DNA from: Octopus sinensis | Taxonomy: Eukaryota | Assembly: GCF_006345805.1 (NCBI RefSeq) | Contig: NC_043015.1 | Span: 19,344,001 to 19,408,000, forward strand | DNA: 64,000 nt | Direction: 5' to 3' | Part shown: in pieces, positions 1 to 12,100 of the stretch | Numbering within the stretch: the first letter of the stretch is position 1 | How the letters are laid out: the number at the start of each line of letters is the position of its first letter | The notes under the pieces: model-generated | What the model was told of the DNA's origin: nothing | Database searches by the model: none | What the model saw: only the letters and a program-made list of their open reading frames with translations | Program-made: the position numbers and the translations under genes

Positions 1-1577
1 AAAAATTATTTTTTAAATCTGTAGGTCAGTACTTTCCTACTTTGAAATGGTTGAAGTATTTTTACTTTTACTTGTTTCAGTCATTAAACTGCGGCCATAA
101 TCTATTTATTTTCATTACCTTTTCTTCCCCACCGACCACCCACAAACAAAAATCCTCACTTACGGTAATAAATAACTCGCGGATAGTTTACAGTTTGTAT
201 CTTTGTAGTGACAAAAACCACAAAGAAACTACAGTTTATTTCAATGACTTTTTGTATATATATATTTTTTTTTTTTCTTGAAAAAGTGAAATATACAACG
301 AAGTATGCTATCACTTTTGACAACTTGGGATTGTCACAAACGTATTTCACATTAAAGAGTTACCTAAAAGTTAAACTTGACCTTTTTTTTCCTTTTGGAA
401 AAAGAAAAAATTGAAAATAATTTGTTTTTACTGTCTATCGTTTATTTCAAACCTTTTTCTTTTCTTTTTATTTTTTGTTAGTTTTAAAAGTGAAAGATAA
501 AAAAAAACATCCTTTCTTTCAAATTGTGAGAATTATCAAAAACTTTACTTTATAAGTAACCAGAAATTTCAAATGTTATTTGAAGTCACAAAACAAATTT
601 ATCTCCCTTTCTACAGGTGTGGTAATTACGCAAACCTAGAAGTAAACAGATATCGTTCAATGAAAAAGATATATCAAAATGCTTATAAAGAAAACTTGTC
701 AATTATTTATGCTAGCCATCGGATTTTTTACTTTCTTACAAGGTGCGTTTGTTTTTATACAATTCTTTGATTAACCAACCTTTTTATTGTTTCAGAATAT
801 TCTTCTCGGAGTACAAAACTGACAAATTGTTTTAGAATTGAAGAGAACCTAGTTTTCAATTTGGTTAATAATTTGTGTATGACCAGTGCCGTTTTAAAGG
901 TGAAAAGGTTGCTCCAACACATACATATAAGTCTATATATTTGACGAGTCGCCTTCACAGGTGAGCGCTTTATAGGTGCGAAACCAATGATCACCCTCTG
1001 ACAGGCCATAACAACCAACATTCACACACAGCGAGAAGGAGGAATCCGTTAGAAAGGAAGTGCCAGGTGTGGGTTGTAAAATATTGAAACTTGTGGATAA
1101 ACAAATTTTTTTCAGAACCATTATTTTCGTTGAATGAAACTTTTAACTGCTGCGGTGTTTTATTTCTCTTTTCTTTTTCTGTTTGTTGTATTTCATAGAA
1201 AACCAAAACTTTTTACTGATGAGTTTTTGTGAATTTATTTACAATTTGCTTTGTATATGTTTTATTGATATGTGTAAAGTATACTAGCTACCGTATACTG
1301 GCGATGTAACATCAGAAATTAGGTTAAAATTGTTTCACTACCATTACTTCAATATCTGAGCGATTGGCTTGTACGCAACTTTAAAACTAGATTTTCAAAT
1401 AATAATATTCACTTGAGAAACAACTTGAAAAGGTACACGAATAGAAGAAAATTTGCAGTTCAATTATATTGTGTGAGTCGAACATAATTCGTGGCTCTTG
1501 TGTTCACAGGGTATGAGCTATTTGGGATCCGGACAAAAGCCTGGTAGTTAAAGTGTGAAAGTGGACAAAAGCCCCAC

Positions 1578-1660
1578 CTTTTACTTATTTCAGTCATTAG
1601 ACTGAGGCCATGCTGGGGCACCACCTTGAATAATGTTTAGTTGAACGCATCGATCTCAGA
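1578..1660 (-). mobile_element. SINE 3' fragment
   Basis: tttcagtcattagactgaggccatgctggggcaccacc is the reverse complement of the SINE 3' end seen at 38810-38860 and 19895-19940. Confidence 0.6.
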
Positions 1661-2109
1661 ATCTTTGGTTAATATAAAGATCTTCACCCGGGAACAAAAA
1701 AATAATAAACCAGTCTGCTGGGTGTTAACAAGTATGTAGAAAACGAATATTAAAAAAAAAATGCGCGCTGACAACCCTGATGGAGTGGGGAGAGGACTTT
1801 CGGAAAATTCACAAGATACGATCTTTCCGCCATAACTTCCGGTATATATATATATATATATATATATTGATTTTTTTTTACGGAATCTCACGTTTTGGGT
1901 TATGGAGGATATAATTCTGGAAAAAAAAGGTTAATCGCAGAAAAATCAGCATTTTGAAATTTAAATTTAAAGTCTTTTGTTTTCTTCTCTCAGCACTTAC
2001 AGATTGGATCTTTTCGGTTTGAACGGCAGTTTTTTTTTATAATTTCTATGTAACTAAAAAATTTTAAACTTCGTATACTGGTAGAATGTGTTTATAAAAC
2101 ATCTTTTTC

Positions 2110-3198
2110 GGCGAAGTTTCGCATGTCGTAGCTCAGATTTCCGTCGATTTCCGTAAAAAACTTTTATTTTTTTACATAAGTAATGAGAGCGAAAGAGACT
2201 AAGAGGAAGCAATTTTATGACGAGGGAAGTTTGTCTTTGAAGTTACCGTCTAGGGGAAGCATTGATGTACATGTGTGTGTGTGTGTGTGTTTGATGGGGT
2301 GTGGGAGACAGTATGTTGTGTAAGTGAAGTGCTTCTGTTAGTGTGTGCGAAGAGACAGAGAGAGTAATGTGTGAAAGAGAGAGATAACTGATTTTTTACT
2401 CGGTGTATGTGTATATGTATGTATGCATGTATGTGTGTGTGTGTGTTTATGTATCTATGTATGTGTGTGTGTGTGTTTATGTATCTATGTATGTGTGTGT
2501 GTGTGTTTATGTATCTATGTATGTGTGTGTGTGTAAGTATGTGTGTGTGTATGTATGTATGTATGGCCGATTCATCGTAATTTTTTACTCGGTGTATGTG
2601 TATATGTATGTCTGCATGTATGTGTGTGTGTATGTATGTATGTATGGCCGATTCATCGTAATTTTTTACTCGGTGTATGTGTATATGTATGTCTGCATGT
2701 ATGTGTGTGTGTGTATGTATCTGTGTATGTGTGTGTGTGTATGTATGTATGGTCGATTCAGTGTAATTTTTTACTCGGTGTATGTGTATATGTATGTCTG
2801 CATGTATGTGTGTGTGTGTGTATGTATCTATGTGTGTGTGTGTGTAAGTATATGTGTGTGTATGTATGTATGTATGTATGTATGTGGTGTGTGTACGTAT
2901 CTATGTATGTGTGTGTGTGTATGTATGTATGTTTGGCCGATTCATCGTAATTTTTTACTCGGTGTATGTGTATATGTATGTCTGTCTCTTCGCACACTAA
3001 CAGAAGCACTTCACTTACACAACATACTGTCTGTCTCCCACACCCCATCAAACACACACAGGCCGACTTCAAAGAGAAACCTTCTCGTCGTAAAATCGCT
3101 TCCTCTTAGTCTCTTTCGCTCTCATTACTTATGTAAAAAAATAAAAGTTTTTTACGGAAATCGACGGAAATCTGTGCTACTACAACCGAAACTATGCC
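2110..3198. mobile_element. Nested foldback MITE (GGC...GCC termini, 8-bp TSD)
   Basis: TSD TCTTTTTC at 2102-2109 and 3199-3206. Inverted arms about 2110-2360 and 2985-3198. Confidence 0.85.
2392..2985. repeat. Minisatellite: GGCCGATTCATCGTAATTTTTTACTCGGTGTATG units separated by (TG)/(TATG) microsatellite
   Basis: Units visible near 2392, 2565, 2645, 2750 and 2935. Confidence 0.9.
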
Positions 3199-4014
3199 TC
3201 TTTTTCTCTTGGCTTTATTGAGAAAATTTTATAGTTTGTAAGATATTTGGTCTTTAATTTCTTGCATTTCGGCAATTTCAACCAATCAATGACGTCTATT
3301 GAGGTGAAAACGATTTCTGCCGTAACATTTTATGGCGGCGTCATATGAAAATGTCCCTGTATTTTATGAGAAAAAAGATACCCTGTGGCCATAAACTGAG
3401 GGGTCACTCGTAAGCAGAGCTGGATAACAAAACCGTTCCCTCTTTAGTGTCCACCCATAATTATGACCCTAGTATCGATCTATTGCGTTTCAATGTTTTA
3501 GGGTTAGGGGTGGAAGGAAGGGTATCTTTTTTTTCTTCAGAAATGTAAATAAACCCAATCTGTTTCTTAAACGAGGGACATTTTCATATTTTACGGCAGA
3601 TAATGTTTTCACCTCAATAGACGTCATTGATTGGTTGAAATTACCAGAATTGAAGAAAATATCTTACAAACTACAGAATTTTCTCAAGAAAGACAAGAGA
3701 AAAAGATGTTTTATAAACACATTCTACCAGTATATGAAATTCTACCAGTATATGAAGTTTAAAAGTGTTTAGTTACATAGAAATTATTTTAAAAAACTGA
3801 CATTCAAATTGAAAAGATCCTACAGATTAATGAGAATAAGTTGAGCTTTTGAACTTTCTCCAGCCGTTGAAGGTCTAGCAGAATTATGGCTAGACATTCA
3901 AACATTTCCCTTTTGTTAGAATTCAGACATGTACCTTGAGTAGAAAAGAGTCTAGTGTTCTGTTATTCTATTATTGATGTTAAAGTTGATTTATTTTCAT
4001 TTTCAAATTGTGGT

Positions 4015-4600
4015 GTTATGAGCCAGGCTGCATTGGCTGATTACGAGACAAGTTAAGGTGTGTGGTCACGTTGGTTGAATGATCTTCAGATCAGGGGGAG
4101 GGCGTGTGGTGTTATGAGCCAGGCTGTGTTGGAGTGAAGGAGTATGCAGGTCCTGTCGGAGGTGGGGACTGTAGGTCCCACTGGAAGGGCTGCGGTGGAC
4201 ATCTGCGAGGCGTGAGCAGGCAGTTGACAGCATACGAGAGCAGACCTGATGGACTGTATTGCAGCCGACACACCACGTGGACGTTGAGTGACTGCTTCCA
4301 GGCAGACAAGTAAGACCTCCATAATTCTCCCTCAGTTTATTTGTTTGCCTTTTCCTCCTTCACATCACAAGCTATTCTGGCTCATAAAAAAAAAAAAGAC
4401 TATTGGTATGGTCCATATTTCGAACGAGATGGTAAGGCCATTTTGTGACGAGGGAGAAGTCATCACTTGGTTGAAAAAAATTAAGTTGGTGGCAAAACTC
4501 CACAATATGGACAACCATTGTACCTTGATGATTCGGCATTGGCGCTATACTTGGAAATGGGGGAGAAGGACCTGTTAAGCGCAGAAAAAATAGACATCCA
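4015..4600 (+). mobile_element. Truncated Gypsy LTR retrotransposon (LTR + gag start)
   Basis: LTR-like TGTTATGAGCCAG...CTGGCTCATAA. The gag start RPFCDEGEVITWLKKIKLVAKLH...YLDDSALALYLEM resembles the gag at 25655-26090 (-). Confidence 0.7.
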
Positions 4601-4604
4601 AACC

Positions 4605-4790
4605 ATGGGTCTTCTCGAAACTCTTTCTCCGCTAAATTCAGCTGCTCACTTTCGCACTGTTGATAAAGCTGGAGTGTCATCTCCTAATGTAACAACCATA
4701 TCAGCATGAATGTCCTTTTTCTGCAGGTACTTGATTACAGCACAATGCCAAATTTTGTGCATTTTCAAGAGAAGTTGCTAACAGTTACAT
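4605..4790 (-). mobile_element. Mariner transposase 5' fragment
   Basis: Minus strand reads MHKIWHCAVIKYLQKKDIHADMVVTLGDDTPALSTVRK*AAEF, a mariner N-terminal HTH. Confidence 0.7.
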
Positions 4791-4799
4791 TTGAAGTTT

Positions 4800-6335
4800 C
4801 TCTGAATATTCAGATGTCAGTTTACCCAGAAAGAAACAATGCAGTTATTAATAAGAAGACTTGAAATTACTGCAAGCAAGATTCCACAGCTCCCACATCT
4901 TTCCTTCATTGTCAGCCTGTGAACTTTTCAGCCCACACTCCGAACATTCTCTCACTTGATACAAGACAGAATAAGCTGCAAGTGAGAGAACTTTCAGTGC
5001 ATTTCACCATTTGAAGACTTGGCTCCATATCCCAACACACTGAATGTGCATAAAAATTTGTGCTATGAAAACACTTTACACATCTTGATGAAAAGTTTCA
5101 TTGCCAAAACAAGCAAGTAAAGAAAAATTCTGGAATGATTTGAAGCACTTTTCCAGATGTACAAGACAGAATAAGTTAGATTAGCATCAATACTTGTGGC
5201 ATGCTAGAATCAATAAGAGCATCAGAAGCTTTAAATTTTTAAACAATGCAATGATAAGGAGAAAGTTTCCTTTTCCATCCACAGGCCAAAGAGGAGTTTG
5301 ATTTATGATGACAGTGAGGGCAAGTCAAAAGAAGGCAGATTTGCATTTGTAGGCTCAAACATGTCATAGCTGACTACTGATAACTGCAAATCCTCTTGCT
5401 CAGAGCATATGCGCATTCCCTCTTGCTGAAAGCAGTGATTCAATTCATTTTCGATGACATCATTCATACCGAAAAATTGCTGATGCCAGGTGACAGAAAA
5501 AGAGAGAGCACCTTCAGTAGTTCTTCTATTTCTGAAACGCAGTGGTGTATTCTTGGAACAAAAAGTGTTCGAAATTTTCACAAAATTAGCTGAGGATATT
5601 TTGCCAAAATAATTTTCAAAACTTTCTCACTTTTCATTTCTTCAATTTCTCAATCAGCTTCAGGCAGTTACCAGCTGTTGTGCCTGGATGCTGTGAGCTG
5701 TATGCCACAAGTTCACATATTCCAAATACATTCCTGGCCACCTTAATACTAAATGTAGTGGAAGCTTTGCCAGATTGTTTTAGCTGTCTTTTGACAGTAG
5801 CCTTTGTTGTTGCTCATAGCATAAGCTTGAGTAAGAAATCCTTAATCTTCTTATTTTGCTCTCCACCTGTTTCAGTGATGTTTGACCAAAAGTGCTAACT
5901 GCTTTCATGTGGTGACTGGAACAGCTATGTACAGCAGTTTTTCCTGTAATTTTGCCCCAGTTTCATACACAAGTCAAGAAGGCGGTTTCCTTTGGTATTG
6001 TAATTCTGTTATACTGAACCCCCCCCCCCCCCCCCAGACAACATCAGCAGATAACAGCATCATGTTGAATGTCATAATGAAGCCACAGGGTTTCATTGAA
6101 CCAGACTGGCAATATGAGCTTTTCTTTGCATCCTTGGAAAAGTTGAATATCTTTCCAAGCACAAATTGTTTTTGTGTTGTGCAAAACTTCTATGGCATTT
6201 CTTGACATGCTGGAAGTGCTTTATCATTAATTTGTTCACTGGATTGCATCTCTGCATTCTCTTGACACGATGCAGTACTGAAGAAATCTTTAATCTTCCT
6301 CACTTTTGCTTCCGGTGGATTTGACATAGTACTCA
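4800..6335 (-). mobile_element. Degenerate hAT (ZMYM1/TTF-zinc-finger type) transposase remnant
   Basis: Minus-strand fragments ...CQSG/WFNETLWLHYDIQHDAVIC (TTF-like finger) and FFGMNDVIENELNHCFQQEGMRIC. Many stops and frameshifts. Confidence 0.6.
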
Positions 6336-6576
6336 GAGCTAATAATAAAGGTAAAAAGTCAAAAAGTACAAGCAGATCAACAATTTCATATTTAAAAAGT
6401 AGGCTTTCTCTTAATTATTTTTGATTAATTTATTAAAACTTACTTGTTCAACATCATTATCAGAATATTTTCATTTAACAACTTCAAAATTTATCACACT
6501 TAGAAAAAAACTAAAAGTTGTATGATCTACATTTGCACATTTTTCATTTAAATTAAATGAGTAACATACAGTATGT

Positions 6577-6770
6577 ATAAAGGGAAAGTTTACGAAAATA
6601 AACAAAAGACGAAGATAGGTGGTGTACAAAACAAACAGATGTATTAGTATAGCGCACGGAAATAGAAAAAGTCTTTTACGTTTCGAGCCTACGCTCTTCT
6701 ACAGAAAGGTACACAGAAAAAACAAGGAGAGAAAAAAAATGTGTGTAGTGGCTAATGATCTATCATAGTG
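6577..6770 (-). mobile_element. Short PLE-type non-coding repeat carrying a hammerhead-like motif (6673-6708); second copy at 40445-40640 (+)
   Basis: Minus strand CTTT-CTGTAGA-A-GAGC-GTAG-GCTC-GAAA-CG-TA-AAAG. The two copies align in opposite orientation. Confidence 0.65.
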
Positions 6771-8107
6771 TCTATATTATACAGTATGTATAATAATGTG
6801 AAGTATATTTTGTACATTAAAATGTTAAATTTTGGAGATGTTTCATGCGAGTACCAGAAGCAAAAGTGAAGGAAATTTCAGATTTTTTCAACATTGTGTC
6901 ATGTTTAATTTTGGAGGTATACTAAATGAGCTTATCTTTAGCAAAGCAGTAAAAATACAAATTGCAAGTATTTTAAAATGTGAGACACTACATGAAAAAT
7001 AACAAAAAAGAAAGAAAATAGTGGTGCTTGTGTTCCAAAGGTATGATGAGAGGGCTCAGGAAAAGAATAGAAAGATGGGATAGAAGTAAAGAAAAGAATT
7101 AAAAGTAAGATAAGGCAAACTGAAGGTTTGAAGTGGATACTAGGCAGGAGATGAAAAAAACCCATATAAAACATGGTCTTACCTAAGCATTGGTCAAGTA
7201 GAAAAAAGATGGGTGGTAAAGAAATTGGATGGTCTGTTGGTACCAAAAAGTGAAGAGAGAGAGACCAACAGAGAGAAGTAGAGGAGGTTGGGGAAGAGCA
7301 GGTAGGAAGAAAGAGGGTGTGCAGAAAGAAGAAGGGAATAAGAATAGACAGTAGATAGTTGACAAGAAAGAGATAGACAGAGGAAGAAATTAAAGGTAGT
7401 ATAGAGAGCAAGACAGAAGTAGATGGGGAAGGTTTTGCACACAAGAGGAGAAGAATAGAGAAAGGGATAGAAAAGAAAGAAAATTTTGCATCAAATACTG
7501 AACATTGTGTAGGGTGCCACTGAGTAGGAACAGGAAGTGCGTTGTTACATTGATAAATAACCATGAAATATTGCACAGGAGGTAGACATTATATAAATAT
7601 GTACATACACAGATAGATAGATAGACAGATTGATTAAACACTTGTACAGAAGGATGACTAAGAAGCAATTAGAAAAATCACATACGAGATATGGACAAAG
7701 ATGACAGAGGAACATACTGAAAAATCATGCATAAGACGTGCTATTGTCTAAAGTCATAATTTCCCGCCTTTAACAATAAGATTGTTCAATTTGGTGGTAT
7801 CAACAGCAAAAATATGATCATCACACCAGCTGAGACTAGGAAAATTGAAGTTTTCTGTTAAAAGTACATTGGCCTATGGGATGGCCTCACCTAGGGTTTG
7901 GCTTTTGAATGATAAAGCATCCCTGAAGTGATCTCTGTAGTTAATCACATCAGGAGGATGATAGGTAATGCCTGGCCAGTTATATGCATTATTAGTGTAC
8001 CACACATTGCGTTGGAACAGGAGAGGAGGATTTTTGTTGCCAGGTTTTCGTGGATGAAATGTGATACTCCTCCTTGTTTCTGTCAGTTCTGTGAAGTACA
8101 TTTATGG

Positions 8108-8535
8108 AATGAATTTTAGGGCTTATAAATCTAATATTTTCCCATCCTTCTTTAATACCAGTTCCCATATGCTATTCATATCTGCACTTGGTCTGCTTAG
8201 GAGGTTGATATGTCCTATCATATGTGCTGCTTCTTTTAGTTTTCGTATTTTCCAGTGGTGTTCTGTGTCTATTATTTTATCTTCATCTCACATTTTTCCA
8301 TACATGATCGGCTACACCCGATTTATCAATATCTCCTCATGTCAGCTTTGTGATGTTCATCTACCCTTAATAGACAGAGAACACCACTGGAAAATACGAA
8401 AACCAAAAGAAGCAGCACATATGTTATGACACAACAACCTCCTAAGCAGAGCTAGTGCAGATATGAGTAGCATATGGGAACCAGTATTAAGGAAGGATAG
8501 GAGAATATTAGATTTATAAGCCCTAAAATTCACTA
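8108..8535. mobile_element. PLE GIY-YIG C-terminal fragment present as an inverted duplication
   Basis: 8365-8535 (+) encodes IDREHHWKIRKPKEAAHML*HNNLLSRASADMSSIWEPVLRK. 8108-8275 is its reverse complement. Confidence 0.7.
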
Positions 8536-8548
8536 TATAATTGTCCAC

Positions 8549-8622
8549 GGGCATATGGCATAGTGGTTAAGAGCGCAGGCTACTAACCCCAAGATTCTGA
8601 GTTCAATTCCAGGCAGTGATCT
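8549..8622 (+). mobile_element. tRNA-derived (Pol III A/B box) segment, SINE-like, not a functional tRNA gene
   Basis: A box TGGCATAGTGG (8556-8566), anticodon-like arm GG-CTACTAA-CC, B box GAGTTCAATTCC (8599-8610). The acceptor stem is poor. Confidence 0.75.
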
Positions 8623-8704
8623 GAATAATAATAATAATAATGATAATAATAACAACATTGAAAAATACCTTAGGAATGAGAACCCAGGTTCAAAATTTCC
8701 CCAA

Positions 8705-8750
8705 GACACCTGATGAAAGCTGGAGGATATATCAGCTGAAACATTGTGTT
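8705..8750 (+). ncRNA. Minimal type I hammerhead ribozyme motif (PLE type)
   Basis: Stem I GACAC/GTGTT, core CTGATGA+A, stem II AGCTG/CAGCT, GAAA, then short CA-T-T (stem III hexamer AACATT, one change from the palindrome AACGTT). Confidence 0.75.
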
Positions 8751-8897
8751 AATAACAAACAAGATGAGGATAAATATCTGTCAAATGTAAATAAATATGC
8801 TCTATCCATAATTTTTATCTCCTAAACCTTTTAAACGAATTGTAAAATGCATCAAGTATATTTATTATTTATGAGAAGAATAAACTTCTTTTTGCAG

Positions 8898-9149
8898 CTA
8901 CCTTCATTGTTATGCCGTCAGAGTGTACAAGAGAAGAAATGACTATTCAAGTTGTAAAGATGAAAGATATTTATGAAGAGACAATTGTGTCTCATTTAAA
9001 AAAAAATGGAAGAGTACATTATTCCCAGTGTGACAGTGTACTTACTATAATAGGGATTGATAGTTACCAGTTTGATCTTAGAATTGAATCACTTGACCTG
9101 CGACAACCTGATGATGGGATCTGCACTGATTCCTTGAAAATTTTCAATG
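8898..9149 (+). CDS. Exon A: N-terminal half of CUB domain ([13 protein letters not shown]...[11 protein letters not shown]...[10 protein letters not shown]...[11 protein letters not shown])
   Basis: Acceptor ttctttttgcag| at 8897 and donor G|gtaagt at 9150. Three Cys and the CUB-typical C-x-D-x-L-x-I-x-N-G motif. Confidence 0.88.
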
Positions 9150-12100
9150 GTAAGTTATGATTTTTTTTCCCTCTATTCCTTTCTGAATTTGCATTTCCTG
9201 AAAAGTTTATATTTTCACAACAATATTGTAGAAAAATCATAATAGCTATTTAAAATAAACTTATGATGTTATGTTCAATTTAATGATATTCTGAATATCT
9301 TTCATTTCTTTGCTGTGTAATATATGTATGGGTGTGTGTATATGCATATTTATAGGTGCATATATATATGCATATATTTATATATATATGTGAGTGGCCA
9401 TGGGAAGGCTTCAGTATTTTGACAGAGAAATGTAACGTTTGATGTGTGTGTGTGTTTTAGTGAGGGAAAGAGAGAGAGAGAAAGGAAGAAACAGAGAAAG
9501 AAAGCGAGAGAAAGAGACAGAATCTCTGAAGTAGTATGGCAGAGAATATAGAGGTGGAGAGAGAATAGAGACATAGAAAGAAAATCATAGGGAGATGGTG
9601 TCCGGTTTTAGTTTCACTTTGTGGGACAAACAGACAGAACCTTTTTTTATATATATAGATAGAAGATAGATATAAGCATATAAGGTTAATACTGTGTATA
9701 TGTATATATGGACATATGACAACTTTCATGTTCTTCTTACCCCTCACTTTACTAGTCCTTAATCTGGATGGTGTATGTCAGTGATGAAATTGTACTTCAT
9801 TGAATTGAATACAGGATGTACCAGGGTTCTACACTACCTAGCAAACGTTTGCCCAGATCTTCTTTTCAAACATGGACAAAAGCTCCACAAGAACTATCTT
9901 CCCTTTGTCCCTCCCAAGTACACAATTTTAGGGCTGCAAACATCAACATTGGCTCAATGAAGGGGAAATTTGATGAGATTATCAAAATGATGGAGCATCA
10001 CCAAGTCGATGTGTGTGCAAGAAGTGAAATGGAAAGGAGCCTCTGCTAGTTTCTTCATGGATAAGAAACAGAGGTTCAAATTCTTCTGGATAAGCAGGAA
10101 AGATGGAATGGGTGGTGTGGGCATACTCATAACAGAAAAGTGGGTAGATAAGATAATTGAGGTAGTCAGAGTATGTGATAGGGTTATTAAGTTGTGACTT
10201 ATAAATAGATTAACAATTACATTTATCTCTGCCTATGCTTCACAGGTTGGGCTGCCTCAATGACAAATGACAGAGACTTCGTTATTGTTGCTGACGACTT
10301 TAGTGGATTCCATGGTGTGCATGGTTGTTATGGTTTTGGCCCCATGAATGAGGAGGGAACAAGGCTTCTTGAGTTCTGTGATGCAAATGATCTCATGATC
10401 TGCAACAAAAACTTCAGAAAACCAGCCAGCCACCTAATCACTTATCAGTCTGGTGGGAATATAAGCCAGGTTGATTACTTCTTTACCAGGCAATGAGATA
10501 GGCTGATGAACACAAATGCAAAGTCTTTCCCAGGTGAAGAGTGTATGCCCCAACATAGGCTACGTGTTTGTGACTTCAGAATTAGCACTAGAGAGATTCT
10601 GAGAAATAAACCACACTGGAAAAGAAGATTAAAGAAGATCAAAACCCTGCAAACAAAGTAAAATTTAGAGACATTCTACTGGAAGCCTATGATGATAGAG
10701 AGGAAGGGACATGTAGCTTAGAGGAAAACTAGAAGTTCCTGTGGAACAATTTACTGGGTACCACTGACTAAATCTGTGGTTGGTGGAATAAGGAGGTGGA
10801 CAATGCTATAAGAACAAAGAGACTGGTCTGAAAGGACTGGAAAAACAGTGGAAGCAGCACATTACATCAGAGAGCCAGTAAAAAGGCTAGGCAACAGGTC
10901 TACATAGCAGAAGGTAAGGAGTTTATCAATGTTCTACAGCATGAGGATCGGTGGGGTGATGTGTTCAGGATTGCAAAGCAGTGTATCAGAGAGGATAGAG
11001 ATGTGGTAGGTGAAAAATGTGTACAAATGGTTAATGGTACGCTTGTGCTTAGAGAAGAAAGATGCATGGAGATAGCATTATGAATGATTATTAAATGTGG
11101 AGAATGAATGGGAGAAGGAGAATTTTTCAAATATCAAACCAGTTGGGGCACCAGCAATTAGAATTGATAGCAGTAAAACAGATAAGGCAATTAAGGTAAT
11201 GAAGACTGGGAAAGCCCCTGGACCTTCGGGTATCACTGCTGAGATGATTAAAATATCAGGTAGTGTAGGATACAGCTTAGTCACTCATTGTTAATCAAGT
11301 TAGATAGAAACAACTACAGAAGTATCAAACTACTGGATCAGGTCATGAAAATTACAGAGAGAGTTATATCTCAACTGATTAGGGATAGATTTAAACTAGA
11401 TGAGATGCAGTTTGGTTTTGTTCCAGGGAGAAGTACCATAGATGCCATCTTCCTAGTGAAAAGTATTTGGCCAAAAGTAAACCATTGTACTTAGCTTTCA
11501 TCAACAAGAGAAAGCTTTCAACAGGGTTCCCCGCTCTCTTATTTGGTGGTCATTGAGACCGCAACCTGTTCACTGACAAAATTCCATGCTAGCACGGAAT
11601 TTTGTCTGTGAACAGGTCATGGTCTCAAAGCGACGAAAATATTTTGATAAATTAAATTAAAATATTGAAGTGGATCTAATGGTTTTTGCGTGTTTCTTAA
11701 ATGGCTTATAAACACCTTCCACGCTGCAATTGTTTATATATATATATATATATGCATATGTATATAGATATATATATATCATATATATAAGGCACTTTGG
11801 CTTGCTCATAACAAAGCTGGTCTCACCCGAGAAGAAATTAATGTTGTGTTGGCAGCCAAAAGATCTATTATTAAATTTGATGATAAGTTGTGGGTCCGTA
11901 AAGACACACCAGATAGTTTCAATATACCAATGGGAAGTTCTGATTCAGCACACATAGCTGATTTGGTCTGTATATATATTCTTTTTGAAATGGCTGAATA
12001 GTTCCCTAACATTTATGGAGGTCTATATCGTGATGATTGTTTACTTTACCTCCAAAATGTTTCCAACCAAAGGGTACAAAAAGTTAAGAATAGTTTAGTT

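Larger units (their letters stand above)
2006..3820. mobile_element. Non-autonomous DNA transposon (foldback/MITE) with GGATCTTTTC termini and 8-bp TSD
   Basis: TIR GGATCTTTTCGGTTTGAACGGCAG / CTGACATTCAAATTGAAAAGATCC. TSD TACAGATT at 1998-2005 and 3821-3828. Arms of about 230 bp, with the left arm split by a nested element. Confidence 0.9.

Noticed and set aside
1510-1543. Mini-exon MSYLGSGQKP with a phase-1 donor G|gtagtt as first coding exon
   Set aside because: Phase-compatible, but the donor is weak and it supplies no hydrophobic signal peptide.
2403-3221. 272-aa and 135-aa Cys/Val/Met/Tyr-rich ORFs
   Set aside because: Translation of (TG)/(TATG) micro- and minisatellite inside a MITE. 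The same applies to the ORFs at 29960-30340 and 53524-54154.
6938-7576. 212-aa hydrophobic ORF on the minus strand resembling a membrane protein
   Set aside because: It results from a purine-rich low-complexity plus strand. No motif or splice support.
8549-8622. Functional tRNA-Ser(ACT) gene
   Set aside because: Poor acceptor stem and a repeat context, so it is treated as a SINE/PLE-derived segment.
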